A DNA stretch of 37,176 bases from Alphaproteobacteria bacterium. Its GTDB lineage: Bacteria > Pseudomonadota > Alphaproteobacteria > UBA6615. Location of the stretch: positions 1 through 37,176 of the forward strand of contig CBDHEC010000027.1 in the NCBI GenBank assembly GCA_965261975.1, written 5' to 3'. Numbering within the stretch: the first letter of the stretch is position 1; every line of letters begins with the position of its first letter. Below the pieces are notes generated by a model, which was not told the DNA's origin, made no database searches, and was given only the letters and a program-made list of their open reading frames with translations. Shown one piece after another: positions 37,042 through 37,176 of the stretch. A program made the translations under genes and the position numbers.

Positions 37042-37176
37042 ATGCAAACCCACTTCTCACTGGCCCAGCTCGCCGACCCCGATATTGCGGTCGCCAACGA
37101 CATCCTTCGCGCGTGTGTGCATTGCGGCTTCTGCACCGCGACCTGCCCGACTTATGTGGAGCTGGGGGACGAGCTC
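37042..37176 (+). CDS. glcF: Glycolate oxidase iron-sulfur subunit (5' part, runs off the window)
   Basis: [45 protein letters not shown] with a CxxCxxCxxxCP 4Fe-4S motif, directly after glcE. Confidence 0.93.
   Translation, partial: MQTHFSLAQLADPDIAVANDILRACVHCGFCTATCPTYVELGDEL

Overview
High-GC alphaproteobacterial chromosomal segment (Rhodospirillales/Rhizobiales-like gene content and synteny) with no integrase, transposase, CRISPR array or rRNA visible. From left to right: dgcN-dgcA (D-glutamate utilisation pair, each broken by a +1 frameshift); a membrane five-PAS histidine kinase followed by two stand-alone receiver proteins; a minus-strand Mla/Pqi-type operon whose ATPase and MCE genes are fused by an internal deletion; a lytic transglycosylase behind a canonical sigma-54 promoter; a probable alpha-r8/MmgR (suhB-family) sRNA; the GNAT / N-formylglutamate amidohydrolase / cpdR / tRNA-Val(GAC) block; an accessory catabolic stretch (CmcJ/NvfI oxygenase, crotonase, GH18, an FbpABC-like ABC importer with two tandem ATPases, PanE-like reductase, cupin, SDR, cyclase, VOC); aapJQMP; a metallophosphoesterase-like lipoprotein; an HtrA-like pseudo-protease; a sigma-54-preceded protein made almost entirely of RTX repeats; an AhpD-like peroxidase; ribosomal protein L36 (missed by the ORF track); and glcDEF (glcF cut by the window end). 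The best candidates for undescribed biology are the twin-ATPase ABC importer with its linked catabolic enzymes and the two sigma-54 units (SLT, RTX protein). All product calls come from motif recognition only; no database searches were run.
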